From Spirochaetales bacterium (GTDB taxonomy: Bacteria > Spirochaetota > Spirochaetia > UBA9216): DNA of 64,000 nt. The stretch is from assembly GCA_003245835.1 (NCBI GenBank), contig QKCC01000275.1, positions 364 to 64,363 on the forward strand, read 5' to 3'. The notes beneath the pieces are model-generated. The model made no database searches and had not been told where the DNA came from. It was given only the letters and a program-made list of their open reading frames with translations. Made by a program: the position numbers and the translations under genes. Of the stretch, positions 46,025 through 55,417 are shown in pieces; position 1 is the stretch's first letter, and each line of letters begins with the position of its first letter.

Positions 46025-47158
46025 TCAGTATTTCTCCTCACTCTGTCTTTTTGTAATCCCCAAAAGAAGCCCGCACATTATAAAAGTCACCAGCAGCGAC
46101 GAACCGCCCGACGAGAAAAAGGGCAATGGAATACCTGTCGCAGGAACAAGTCCCGACACAACCGCCATATTAAACAGGGCCTGGTACAGAATGCTGATTG
46201 AAAGTCCGAAACTTAAAAGAAAATCGAACCGGCTCTGACTGCGGCAGCCTTTCTGCATAACCCGTACAGCAAACCCAATGAACAGCGCAATAATGCACAG
46301 AACCCCAATAAAACCGACTTCTTCGGCAGTTGACGCAAAGATAAAGTCCGAATGTACCTCGGGCAGTCCGCCCAGCTTTTTGATTCCGTTACCGAGCCCC
46401 TGTCCGAATAGTCCCCCGTTTTTCAGCGCACTCTGTGCAGCGATGACCTGATACCCGGATCCGACAGGATCTGTTTCAGGATTAATAAATGTTATAAGCC
46501 TTTCAACCCTGTGAGGTTTGGTAAACAAAAATATCACTGATATGGGCACTATTGCGACAATAAGGTAAATAAAGTAAAGAAGCGGAACTCCCGCCATAAA
46601 AAACACCGACAGGCCTATCACGAGGATAAACACAGCTGATGAAAAGTCGTTCTGCAGCAGAACCAGGCCGAGCATGATCGCAAGGATAATAAGCGGCGGA
46701 ATTACAGTATTTCCGAGATCGTGCATCCGATCCTGTTTTTTATCAAATATATTTGCCAGGTACAGAATTATCGCAAGCTTTCCAAGCTCTGAAGGCTGAA
46801 ATGAGTAACCGAATATGAAAATCCAGCGCCTTGCGCCGAGAATTTCTTCGCTTATCCCCGGAATAAAGGTCAAAAGAATCAAGACAAATGTACCCATCAG
46901 CATTAACGGCGTATATTTCCTCAATACATCCACCGGGGTTTTATATGCAGCGAAACCGAGTGCAGCGCCTGCTGCGCCTAACAGCAGCTGCTTTCGTATA
47001 AACAGAAAGCTGTCATTGAAGTATTTGTTTGCATAATGATATGATGCTGAAAAGAGTGCCGCAAAGCCGCAGCCGGCAAGCAGAACAATTATCATCATGA
47101 GAATAAAATCACTCTGTCCGTCGCGAACCCTTTCGAGTTCAAATCTGCCCTTCATCAT
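46025..47158 (-). CDS. ftsW: SEDS family peptidoglycan glycosyltransferase FtsW
   Basis: Polytopic FtsW/RodA/SpoVE sequence (LPEVHSDFIFASTAEEVGFIG, GLVPATGIPLPFFSSGGSS), in dcw context. Confidence 0.85.
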   Translation of the reverse strand: MMKGRFELERVRDGQSDFILMMIIVLLAGCGFAALFSASYHYANKYFNDSFLFIRKQLLLGAAGAALGFAAYKTPVDVLRKYTPLMLMGTFVLILLTFIPGISEEILGARRWIFIFGYSFQPSELGKLAIILYLANIFDKKQDRMHDLGNTVIPPLIILAIMLGLVLLQNDFSSAVFILVIGLSVFFMAGVPLLYFIYLIVAIVPISVIFLFTKPHRVERLITFINPETDPVGSGYQVIAAQSALKNGGLFGQGLGNGIKKLGGLPEVHSDFIFASTAEEVGFIGVLCIIALFIGFAVRVMQKGCRSQSRFDFLLSFGLSISILYQALFNMAVVSGLVPATGIPLPFFSSGGSSLLVTFIMCGLLLGITKRQSEEKY

Positions 47159-47161
47159 CGC

Positions 47162-48241
47162 CTACTGTATTTTCAATGTCGAAAGCGCGAGTATTGCGAA
47201 CATTCCGCCCATTATCCAGAACCTGATAACAACCTTGGTCTCCGCCCAGCCTTTCAGTTCAAAATGATGATGCAAAGGCGCCATTTTAAAGACTCTTCGG
47301 CCGGTTAATTTGAAAGAAACCACCTGTATGACTACCGAAAGGGTTTCAAGAACAAAGACCCCCCCGATTATTACCATTAATATCTCTTTCTTGATTATAA
47401 GCGACATCACGCCCAGTGCTCCTCCCAGAGCGAGTGAACCGGTATCGCCCATAAAAACCTCGGCAGGGTGAGAGTTGAACCAGAGGAACCCGACAGCTGC
47501 GCCGACCAGGCCGAAACAGAAAACCGGCAGTTCGCTGCTTTCAGGCAGGTACGGAATCTGCAGGTAGGACGCAAAGTCCGCCCGTCCCGTAATATAGGTC
47601 AGAATAGCGAAAGCGATTCCTGCCATAATGACGAGTCCTATTGCAAGACCATCCAGCCCGTCGGTAAGGTTCACGGCATTAGCCCATGAAACCAGGACAA
47701 AAACACCTATCGGGATATAGAGCACACCCAGATCAAGAACAGGTGTCTTCATGAAAGGAATATACAGAAGTGTCGTATGATCATTCCTGTTTAAATAAAG
47801 GAACAGAACGATGATCAACGAGACTGCGATCTGCCCGACCATTTTAAATCTTGCATGAAGCCCCTCGGAACTCTTCCTGGTAATCTTCAGATAATCGTCC
47901 AGAAAACCGACCGCACCGAAACCGGCCAGTGATATCAGCGAAATCCAGACATAGGGGTTACTGAGGTCCTGCCACAAAAGCGATGATATCAGCACCGCAA
48001 GTATAATAATTACACCGCCCATTGTCGGCGTTCCGCTTTTGTGAAGATGCGACTGCGGACCGTCCGTCCTTATCATCTGCCCCAGTTTAAATTTCTTCAG
48101 CGCCTTTATAATCCTCGGCCCCAATATAAATGAAATAAACAGAGCCGTGACTGCAGCGTAGGCAGCGCGGAAAGTAATATACTGAAATATATTGAATGCG
48201 GAAAAGTAGTTTACCAGTGGAAATAATAATTCTTTTAACAT
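47162..48241 (-). CDS. mraY: Phospho-N-acetylmuramoyl-pentapeptide transferase MraY
   Basis: NAVNLTDGLDGLA and MGDTGSLALGG motifs. Confidence 0.95.
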   Translation of the reverse strand: MLKELLFPLVNYFSAFNIFQYITFRAAYAAVTALFISFILGPRIIKALKKFKLGQMIRTDGPQSHLHKSGTPTMGGVIIILAVLISSLLWQDLSNPYVWISLISLAGFGAVGFLDDYLKITRKSSEGLHARFKMVGQIAVSLIIVLFLYLNRNDHTTLLYIPFMKTPVLDLGVLYIPIGVFVLVSWANAVNLTDGLDGLAIGLVIMAGIAFAILTYITGRADFASYLQIPYLPESSELPVFCFGLVGAAVGFLWFNSHPAEVFMGDTGSLALGGALGVMSLIIKKEILMVIIGGVFVLETLSVVIQVVSFKLTGRRVFKMAPLHHHFELKGWAETKVVIRFWIMGGMFAILALSTLKIQ

Positions 48242-49662
48242 TCCGCACTCCTGAATTTATTCTTTAGCGGCTGAACCAGCCGCTCCAGGTTCATCGACCT
48301 CGAGCCCTTGAGCAGAACAAGATCGCCAATAGCCACAGAACCTGTGATTTCTGCCTCAAGCTGATCGTAATCAGCCGTATGAAAAAGCTTCGGAACGTTT
48401 TTTCCGGAAACAGTCTCTGCCGAAACCGCCTCTTCATACGCGCCCCTCGAATCCGGCCCGAAAAACAGAACCTGAACTGCAGCACTCGCCGCTGCTGCGG
48501 CACCCGCTTTTCTGTGCATCCCGGCGCTGTCGGCTCCGAGCTCCTTCATATCGCCGATCACATATCGCTTCATTCCATCCCATTCAAGCCCGTCGGCGAA
48601 CCTTATTGATTCAAGCAGCGAATTCACGTTCGAATTATAGCAGTCCTGAATTATTGTCACGTCGCCTTCTATTATCTGGCTTCGTCCGAAAAGCGGTTCA
48701 GCTTTCTCAAGCCCGGCCTTAATTTCGGTCAGGCTGAGGCCTGTAAAAAGGCCGACACTTATTGCGCAGAAAGCGTTTTTAAGATTGTGTTCCCCAATAA
48801 GCGGAAAATTAATCCCGCAGGATTTGAACAGAATCTCCCAGCCGGACAGGGCACGGTTCCGTACCGCAAACCTGCCGGCTTTTTTTTCTACATAGGCCCG
48901 TCCAAAGGCAACCATACTGCCTTCAAGACCCTCGCCCAGAAAACCGGAAAAAGGCTCGTTCTCGTCAACAAAGAGAACATTGCCGCCCGAAAAAAAGGCA
49001 GCGGCCCTTCGCTTCTCATAAGCGATTGTTTCTATAGTTTTGAAAATACCGATATGGGCAGTCCCGATATTGGTAATGACAACCAAATCAGGACGGAGTA
49101 TTTCTGAGAGTACATCCATCTCGCCCACACGGTTAATGCCCATTTCTATTACCGCGTACTCATGGTGTTCCTTAATATTGAATACCGTAAGCGGAAGTCC
49201 TATCTCGGAGTTGTAGTTTCCTGAAGTCTTTACAACGGAATATTTTTCCGAAAGTACCGATGCTATCAGTTCCTTCGTAGTTGTTTTTCCGTTGCTGCCG
49301 GTAACTCCGATTCTGACCGGCCCTGATATTCCCTTCATATATTCAGCTGCAGTTTTCTGAAGTGCAGCCAAAGGATCTTCTACGGCAATGACAAAAGCGC
49401 CATCCGGAGGCAAATAGCCGTTATTATCCGAAAACCATTCAGACGAAACAACAGCTCCGCAGGCACCGCTGCCGAATGCAGCATTAATATAATCATGACC
49501 GTCGACGCGTTCACCGGCAAGCGCAAAAAACAGGCAACCGCCCGAACACCTGCGGGAATCCACTTCTGCAGTATATACAGGAATATCGCCGGCCCCAACA
49601 AGCCTGCCTCCCGTCCATGCCGCTGCATCACCGGATAAAAAGATCGGGGACAGCTCAGCCAT
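48235..49662 (-). CDS. murF: UDP-MurNAc-tripeptide--D-Ala-D-Ala ligase MurF
   Basis: GVTGSNGKTTTKE P-loop and Mur ligase middle and C-terminal domains. Confidence 0.9.
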   Translation of the reverse strand: MAELSPIFLSGDAAAWTGGRLVGAGDIPVYTAEVDSRRCSGGCLFFALAGERVDGHDYINAAFGSGACGAVVSSEWFSDNNGYLPPDGAFVIAVEDPLAALQKTAAEYMKGISGPVRIGVTGSNGKTTTKELIASVLSEKYSVVKTSGNYNSEIGLPLTVFNIKEHHEYAVIEMGINRVGEMDVLSEILRPDLVVITNIGTAHIGIFKTIETIAYEKRRAAAFFSGGNVLFVDENEPFSGFLGEGLEGSMVAFGRAYVEKKAGRFAVRNRALSGWEILFKSCGINFPLIGEHNLKNAFCAISVGLFTGLSLTEIKAGLEKAEPLFGRSQIIEGDVTIIQDCYNSNVNSLLESIRFADGLEWDGMKRYVIGDMKELGADSAGMHRKAGAAAAASAAVQVLFFGPDSRGAYEEAVSAETVSGKNVPKLFHTADYDQLEAEITGSVAIGDLVLLKGSRSMNLERLVQPLKNKFRSAEC

Positions 49663-49945
49663 CCTGACCGCCTTTTGACGCCCTTAGATCGATTCGCAGA
49701 ATCCGGCGCGGATCAATTTTTTCCAAACCGAGATCCTCATCTGCAATTTTATTTATCCTGAACGGGGACTTTAAAAACTCAATCCCCATGACTATCTTTT
49801 TATTGCTTTCAAAAATGCTCTTCTGGGCCAGTTCCAGGTCGGAAACCTCCTGGTTCAGCATATCGTACCTGTACGACTGCCACACAGAGACAAAGAGTAA
49901 TGCCGGAACAAGAAATACAAGCAGCGCGATAATAATTCTTTTCAA
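49655..49945 (-). CDS. ftsL: FtsL/FtsB-like small bitopic cell division protein
   Basis: 96 aa with an N-terminal TM helix plus a short coiled coil. It lies between rsmH and murF, where ftsL normally sits. Confidence 0.55.
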   Translation of the reverse strand: MKRIIIALLVFLVPALLFVSVWQSYRYDMLNQEVSDLELAQKSIFESNKKIVMGIEFLKSPFRINKIADEDLGLEKIDPRRILRIDLRASKGGQDG

Positions 49946-49948
49946 ACC

Positions 49949-50896
49949 TTAAAACTCCTCATCTGAAATCTTCTTCACAACCCTGAGCTTCGAACTCCGT
50001 GAAGGCGCATTAAGCTTTATTTCCTCTTCTGTCGGAATCACCGGCTTTTTGGTGATGATCTCAACAATCCTTCTACCCTCACAGTTACATATCGGCTGTT
50101 CCGGGGGGCATATACAGGCCTTATTCATACTTCTGAAAAAGTGCTTAACCCGGCGGTCTTCCAGTGAATGGAAGGTAATCACTCCCATCCTTCCTCCCGG
50201 CTTAAGAATCCTGAGCGCATTTGCAAGGACGGAATCGAGCCGGGCAAGTTCGCCGTTAACAGCTATCCGCAGTGCCTGAAAACTCCTTGTTGCCGGATGA
50301 ATCCTGCCGTGCCTGTAATCAGGGGGTGAAGCCTTGCTGATAATCTCCGACAGCTGCCCGGTTGTCTCGATACGCCCGGACTTGCGCTGCTCAACTATGG
50401 CCCTGGCAAACCTACGGGAATACCGCTCCTCGCCGAATTCATAGATAAGATCCGCTATTTCAGCCTCCGGATACTCGTTAACAATGTCGGCAGCCGAAAT
50501 TTCCAGCTCCGAATCAAGGCGCATATCCAGCGGTTCGTCTCTTAAAAATGAAAACCCCCTTCCTGATTTCTCATAGTGAAAAACCGAAATACCCAGGTCA
50601 AAAAGAATGAGGTCCGGCCGTTCATCTCCCAGTGGATACTGTTTGAAAAAGGTGTTAAACCACTGGTTATAGAACCTGACCCGTCCGGCGAACGGCTCCA
50701 GCCTTTTTCTGGCTACAGCCATAATATTCCCGTCGGCATCAAGTCCAACCAGGTTCAACCCCGGACACCTTGAAAGAAAAAGCTCTGAGTGCCCTCCCTC
50801 ACCCAGAGTGCAGTCAATCATAAGCCTGTCTTCATCAGCAGGTTTCAGGTAGCTGAAAACTTCTTCTTTCAGGACTGAATAATGTACAATATCCAT
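49949..50896 (-). CDS. rsmH: 16S rRNA (cytosine1402-N4)-methyltransferase RsmH (MraW)
   Basis: DCTLGEGGHSE, DLGISVFHYE and the ITFHSLEDRRVK signature. Confidence 0.95.
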   Translation of the reverse strand: MDIVHYSVLKEEVFSYLKPADEDRLMIDCTLGEGGHSELFLSRCPGLNLVGLDADGNIMAVARKRLEPFAGRVRFYNQWFNTFFKQYPLGDERPDLILFDLGISVFHYEKSGRGFSFLRDEPLDMRLDSELEISAADIVNEYPEAEIADLIYEFGEERYSRRFARAIVEQRKSGRIETTGQLSEIISKASPPDYRHGRIHPATRSFQALRIAVNGELARLDSVLANALRILKPGGRMGVITFHSLEDRRVKHFFRSMNKACICPPEQPICNCEGRRIVEIITKKPVIPTEEEIKLNAPSRSSKLRVVKKISDEEF

Positions 50897-50920
50897 GAAC
50901 GGCCGTGTCCCGGCTGCAGT

Positions 50921-51361
50921 TTAAAAATTAAGAAGATCGCCTAAATCTTCGGCTGCAGCCAGAAAATCCTCCTCACTCTCATCTAAATAATTCTTATATT
51001 CTTCATCGTCCCAGATTTCCATGTACTTCTCCATTGCTAGCAGAACAACTTCCTTTCTGAGTCCGGCAGCATCGCGCAAAGACGGAGGAATATTAATTCT
51101 TCCGGATTTATCAATTTCACATTCCTGGGCAGGGGCTATAATCCTCCGCTGCAGGAGCCGGGTCTTTGACTTGAAAACAGAAGAAGAATCAAGAATCTGG
51201 GAAGACAGGCGCTTCCACTCATCGGGAGTATACACCCAGAGGCATTTTTCGATACCGCGGGTAAGGACAAGACAGTTTCCGGGAATAAGGGTTCGCACTC
51301 GGGAAGGGACCAGCATTCGGCCTTTTTCATCAAGATTGTTCCTGTACTCACCAGTAATCAT
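50921..51361 (-). CDS. mraZ: Transcriptional regulator MraZ
   Basis: Two SpoVT-AbrB repeats (LDEKGRMLVPSRVR, IDKSGRINIPPSLR). I prefer the ATG at 51361 (MITGEY...) to the track's GTG at 51373. Confidence 0.9.
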   Translation of the reverse strand: MITGEYRNNLDEKGRMLVPSRVRTLIPGNCLVLTRGIEKCLWVYTPDEWKRLSSQILDSSSVFKSKTRLLQRRIIAPAQECEIDKSGRINIPPSLRDAAGLRKEVVLLAMEKYMEIWDDEEYKNYLDESEEDFLAAAEDLGDLLNF

Positions 51362-51368
51362 TTTAAAT

Positions 51369-51403
51369 CCCACATACTCCTATAATCTCCCACTTTTTAC
51401 CAC
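51369..51403 (-). promoter_or_regulatory. Candidate MraZ operator: three GTGG(G/T) direct repeats phased at 10 and 20 bp
   Basis: On the gene strand: GTGGT (51403-51399), GTGGG (51393-51389) and GTGGG (51373-51369), immediately upstream of the mraZ start. Confidence 0.4.
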
Positions 51404-51542
51404 TTAGTAATTATATTAAACCATGAAATTCCTTTTTTAAACCTTTAATTAAATGAATTAAAGAAAATAAAAAAATATTCCGATAATAAAACTTAACGCT
51501 TGTTTAGTAGCATTTTTTAATTCAAATCAGTAATTATACTGT

Positions 51543-51854
51543 ATGCCGATTTACCGAGTACATTTCAAATGGAAGGACAAAGACCTCCAGATTAAGGCAA
51601 CAAGCCTCGACCTCACCCATCCGTATTTCGTTTCGATAAAAGATCTGATTCTGAAAAAGGAATCAAGGCTGATTATCGACCCCTCCGAGGATGATGTGCA
51701 GAGACTTTTCGGAAAAACCGAACACCTGATGATACCCTTCCAGGCAGTCTCTTTAATAGAAGAATTTAAAGACGATGCATTCGACAACATGGAGTCAAAA
51801 CAACGGCCCAGACTGATGGACTTCAAACTGCCCGATAAAGAAGACAATGAATAA
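51543..51854 (+). CDS. DUF1820 family protein
   Basis: MPIYRVHFKWKDKDLQIKA...LIIDPSEDDVQRLFGKTEHLMIPFQAVSLIEE matches my recollection of the DUF1820 pattern (YRV.F...vv.dPsEE.l..eF..v....IP...v..IeE). Confidence 0.6.
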   Translation: MPIYRVHFKWKDKDLQIKATSLDLTHPYFVSIKDLILKKESRLIIDPSEDDVQRLFGKTEHLMIPFQAVSLIEEFKDDAFDNMESKQRPRLMDFKLPDKEDNE

Positions 51855-52096
51855 TGATATGGGACACAAAGGTTATCGTATATCCTGAAGGCGACTTTAT
51901 CGAAATTGAAAGGGAATTGAAAATAAACGAGCTTGTGGATATAAACGGCAACCCAGTACGGCTGCCCCTTGCAAGCCCGAAGACAATAATCTACAGGGTC
52001 TACCGAAAATCCACATCCGATACCAATAACGGTCCGGTAATCCGTTTTTATCTTGAACAGCTGAGTTTGACCGAGACAGAAGAGATTTCATACTAA
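51854..52096 (+). CDS. Small hypothetical protein (80 aa), translationally coupled to the DUF1820 gene
   Basis: TAATG overlap at 51852-51856. A strong terminator follows. I recognise no motif. Confidence 0.45.
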   Translation: MIWDTKVIVYPEGDFIEIERELKINELVDINGNPVRLPLASPKTIIYRVYRKSTSDTNNGPVIRFYLEQLSLTETEEISY

Positions 52097-52107
52097 TTGA
52101 AATAAAT

Positions 52108-52141
52108 AAGGCCTGCGGGTAATCCGAACCCCGCAGGCCTT
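52108..52141. terminator. Bidirectional rho-independent terminator
   Basis: 12-bp perfect stem, aaggcctgcggg (52108-52119) pairing with cccgcaggcctt (52130-52141), between convergent genes. Confidence 0.75.
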
Positions 52142-52151
52142 TACGGAACCT

Positions 52152-53756
52152 CTATTTGGTACCGGGCTTCTTGTCCCCGAAAATTCTGTAATCAAGATCA
52201 GGAAAGATCTTGTTCTCTTTTTCAATCCGGGTAAGCCATTCGGTATTAACTGTATTCCTGCAGAGATTGTCATATATCTTGTTGAAGTTATGCAGATGCC
52301 GCTTAACTCGCATTTTTGCATAATCAGCGCTTAGACAGGTTTTCATTATGAACGGCCAGTCCGACGCCTGCGACAGCAGTACCTCGCGTGCGGCCTGATC
52401 GAGAACCCTCTTCTTAAGTCCGCTCTCGTTCGGAAACCTTGAAACCAGCTCCTTCATCCTCTCGGAAGCCTTGTGTATATGCCTGTAAATCCAGTCATTG
52501 GCACCGCCGCCGAGCCAGACAGAGGCGTAGCCCTTGTTCCCCCAGCTCGAGAAAATCGGTTCAACCTTTTCATTCTCTTTATATTCATCGATATATTGTG
52601 ACGGACTGATCATTGCAAGCTCGGGAGTCTCTGCAGCCTTCCGGATTACACTTTCAAGCCAGATCAGTCCTTCGTACCACCACTTTCCGAAGACCTCGGA
52701 ATCGTAGGGACAGATAATAATCGGAGGCCTGTCCATCAGTTTGGAAAGCTTTTTCACCTGTGTCACACGCTGGTAAATAAAATTCTCTGCATGCGCAAGG
52801 GCTTTCTGCCTGGCTTTATCGGCATTATAGAGACGCCCCTTCTCGCCGGCGTTTATCTTGTAATATTTATACCCGGTGCTGATTCTGATTTTCTCATCAT
52901 AGAGATGCGGTCCGATATAATCGAATGGCTCAGTATAGCCGATGTCCTGCATCGCATCACGGTAAACCTGGTCTCCGGGGTACCCCTCATCATGCGACCA
53001 GACAGAGCGCGAGGCGGGAATATCCCTCGAAAAAGCAAGCATCCCGCTGCTTGTTTCGACCGGGGCATAAACACCGTATTTGGATTTACGGGATGCAAAA
53101 AGCTGTCCGTGCGCAGCAATAAAACTGTAGTCGATACCGTGCTGCTTCATGTATTTTCCCAGTCCCGGGAAATAACCGAGCTCAGGAATCCACATGCCAC
53201 GGGGGGCCTGACCGAACACACGACCATATGAAATAACCGCAGTATGAATCTGCGCTTCAATTACCTGCGGATATTCCTGGTAAAGCGGCATAAAGGCGTG
53301 AGTCGCAGCAGTTGTAATTATTTCAATACAGCCAGCCTTTTCGAGCACCTTGAAAGCCTTTACGAGGTTTCTTTTATAAAGGTTCTCATACTCATCGAGA
53401 CAGCGCTCATAATGCTCCCTGTAAAGCAGAGACAACTTGTGTATGTCGGGATTGTTTTTGTTCCGTTCCAGTTCTTTCTCGCCAAGAACAATCTTGTCTT
53501 CAAGATACAGAACGAACCTCTCTTGAAGCAGATCATCCATCAGCATCGTTGTCAGAGTCGGTGACAGTGACACCGTTACCCTGTATTGAACCTTTTCGTC
53601 ATGAAGCTTCTTCAACAAACCTAAAAGCGGCAGATAAGTTTCTGCCAGCGCATCAAAAAACCAGTTTTCTTCAAGGCATTTTTCTTTCTCCGGATGATGC
53701 ACATACGGGAGATGAGAATGAAGCACAAATCCTAGATACCCTTTTTCATTGCTCAT
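52152..53756 (-). CDS. GH57 family 1,4-alpha-glucan branching enzyme-like protein
   Basis: N-terminal GFVLHSHLPYVHH GH57 signature, ~530 aa, with the downstream DUF1957-type region. Confidence 0.8.
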   Translation of the reverse strand: MSNEKGYLGFVLHSHLPYVHHPEKEKCLEENWFFDALAETYLPLLGLLKKLHDEKVQYRVTVSLSPTLTTMLMDDLLQERFVLYLEDKIVLGEKELERNKNNPDIHKLSLLYREHYERCLDEYENLYKRNLVKAFKVLEKAGCIEIITTAATHAFMPLYQEYPQVIEAQIHTAVISYGRVFGQAPRGMWIPELGYFPGLGKYMKQHGIDYSFIAAHGQLFASRKSKYGVYAPVETSSGMLAFSRDIPASRSVWSHDEGYPGDQVYRDAMQDIGYTEPFDYIGPHLYDEKIRISTGYKYYKINAGEKGRLYNADKARQKALAHAENFIYQRVTQVKKLSKLMDRPPIIICPYDSEVFGKWWYEGLIWLESVIRKAAETPELAMISPSQYIDEYKENEKVEPIFSSWGNKGYASVWLGGGANDWIYRHIHKASERMKELVSRFPNESGLKKRVLDQAAREVLLSQASDWPFIMKTCLSADYAKMRVKRHLHNFNKIYDNLCRNTVNTEWLTRIEKENKIFPDLDYRIFGDKKPGTK

Positions 53757-53763
53757 AAATTAA

Positions 53764-54513
53764 CTACTCCAGATATTCGCTATCTAACTTGGATATAATT
53801 CTCTGGGGGATTTTTTCTGCAGCTTCGACGTCGCTCAGGTCATAGACGCCTGCTACCAGAAGAAGATCATTTCCGGTGCCTTTCAGCTCTTTAAAATCAC
53901 TGTAATCCCCGATTTCCCACATCGGACTTTTAACTGTATTTGATCTGCATAACACTTTTTCAGATGTAGTACTTTCGAGCAGGAGTTCAACGCAATAGAA
54001 GATCCCCGGCCTCGGCAGGTTGATATACCAGCTGCTGTCGTCAACTTTAACCGGAATATCGGAATAATCATATATATTTTCTTTATTAAATTCCTTTTCT
54101 TTCAGTTCGTAAACTCTTAACAACAGGTCGCCTTTCATGACGCCCAGTTTGAGCGACGAAATATCAGATTCCTTTATATCCCAGTACGTATATGCCCATG
54201 CAGGGTCCCTGAGAAGTAAAACAATCTTTGTTTCATTATACCGCTCAGGAAGCGGGTACTGGTCTTCCTCGAAATCGAACTGCTCGTCGAGAGTTATATC
54301 GAATTTTCTTTCTTTTATCTGCATCGCAGGATTATTGGCTAGTACATTTTCGGCTCGGTCTTCTTCAATAGCTTCTAGAATCAGGTCGATCAGTTCCTGT
54401 TTATCAATTGTCTCACTGATACTGATTCCCTCTTTGACGGCAATTTCCCTAAGGAAATTTTCAGGTAAAAGCTGCAGGCGCTCTTCTGTCATTATACCCT
54501 CCAATATAATCAC
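53764..54513 (-). CDS. DUF4912 domain protein with an N-terminal Rho_N/SAP-like helix pair
   Basis: LPENFLREIAVKEGISISETIDKQELIDLILEAIEE, then VLLLRDPAWAYTYWDI, typical of DUF4912. It is adjacent to a GH57 gene, a pairing I recall as common. Confidence 0.65.
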   Translation of the reverse strand: MIILEGIMTEERLQLLPENFLREIAVKEGISISETIDKQELIDLILEAIEEDRAENVLANNPAMQIKERKFDITLDEQFDFEEDQYPLPERYNETKIVLLLRDPAWAYTYWDIKESDISSLKLGVMKGDLLLRVYELKEKEFNKENIYDYSDIPVKVDDSSWYINLPRPGIFYCVELLLESTTSEKVLCRSNTVKSPMWEIGDYSDFKELKGTGNDLLLVAGVYDLSDVEAAEKIPQRIISKLDSEYLE

Positions 54514-54554
54514 TAATCCTAGGATAAATGAATGCCTTATGTCAATAGGATCAA

Positions 54555-55412
54555 CTAGATCATACCCATTATACAGACGACGTCGCCTGCGCCGAGCGGT
54601 TTAACAATACGATCCGCCGCTGATTTAAGCAGTTTCGGGGCGGTTCCAGCCGCAAGCCCGCCCCAGCTGACGGATTTCTGAATCACAAATCCGTGTTTTC
54701 TGAGCAGCTTCGACAGGGTTTTCTTTGAAAAAAGATGCATATGGTCATTTATTGCGGACCTCCACCCCCCCCTGAACAGTAAGGCCTGAAACCCGCTGAT
54801 GTCGGGTGTTACAATTATAACAATTCCGCCGGGCCGCAGTATTCTTGCTGTCTCTGCGATAAATGCGTCAGGATCCGTGAGATGCTCTATCAGATGCGAA
54901 CAGTGGACAACATCAAAACTGCTGTCGGGAAAACCGGCTGCTTCGAGCGTCCCGATATGAATATTCAGGCCTTTCTCTTCAATCCCGAAGCGTGCTGAAG
55001 GAGCACAAACTTCGACCCCCTCCGCGTTCCAGCCGGAACTGCCCAAATATTCAATAAGTGCGCCGGTGGCACAGCCGATATCCAGAAACGAGGCAGTACG
55101 CCCCAGAGCTTCCGCAGAGGCCCTGATTTGTGCTTCCCTTCCGAAAAACCCGACATCCCTCAACCCGAGCTTCATTAAATTCAGAAAATTTGCCTCATTC
55201 TCTTTCTCGTAATCAAAATACTCTTCGTCATAACGCCCAAGAAGCTGCTCCTGAACAGGCTGGGGATTCTGATAAACAAGTCCGCAGGACCTGCATTTTA
55301 CAAAGGGGATTCCTCCGCTCTTCCAGATTCGCCTGTATCTGCTGCTGCCGCATAAACCGCAGCTGATTTCTGCGAACTCTTTTTCAGACGGAGATTTCGA
55401 GAAGGTCTTCAC
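54555..55412 (-). CDS. Class I SAM-dependent methyltransferase with an N-terminal Cys4 zinc ribbon
   Basis: CGLCGS...CRSCGL, then the SAM motif I FLDIGCATGALIEYL and the post-I acidic residue. Confidence 0.8.
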   Translation of the reverse strand: MKTFSKSPSEKEFAEISCGLCGSSRYRRIWKSGGIPFVKCRSCGLVYQNPQPVQEQLLGRYDEEYFDYEKENEANFLNLMKLGLRDVGFFGREAQIRASAEALGRTASFLDIGCATGALIEYLGSSGWNAEGVEVCAPSARFGIEEKGLNIHIGTLEAAGFPDSSFDVVHCSHLIEHLTDPDAFIAETARILRPGGIVIIVTPDISGFQALLFRGGWRSAINDHMHLFSKKTLSKLLRKHGFVIQKSVSWGGLAAGTAPKLLKSAADRIVKPLGAGDVVCIMGMI

Positions 55413-55417
55413 GGTTA

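Noticed and set aside
51362-51373. The GTG start at 51373 for mraZ, as given by the ORF track.
   Set aside because: MraZ proteins normally begin M-[FI]-x-G. The ATG at 51361 gives MITGEY, whereas the GTG sits only 3 nt from the AGGAG. The call is uncertain, but I prefer the ATG.
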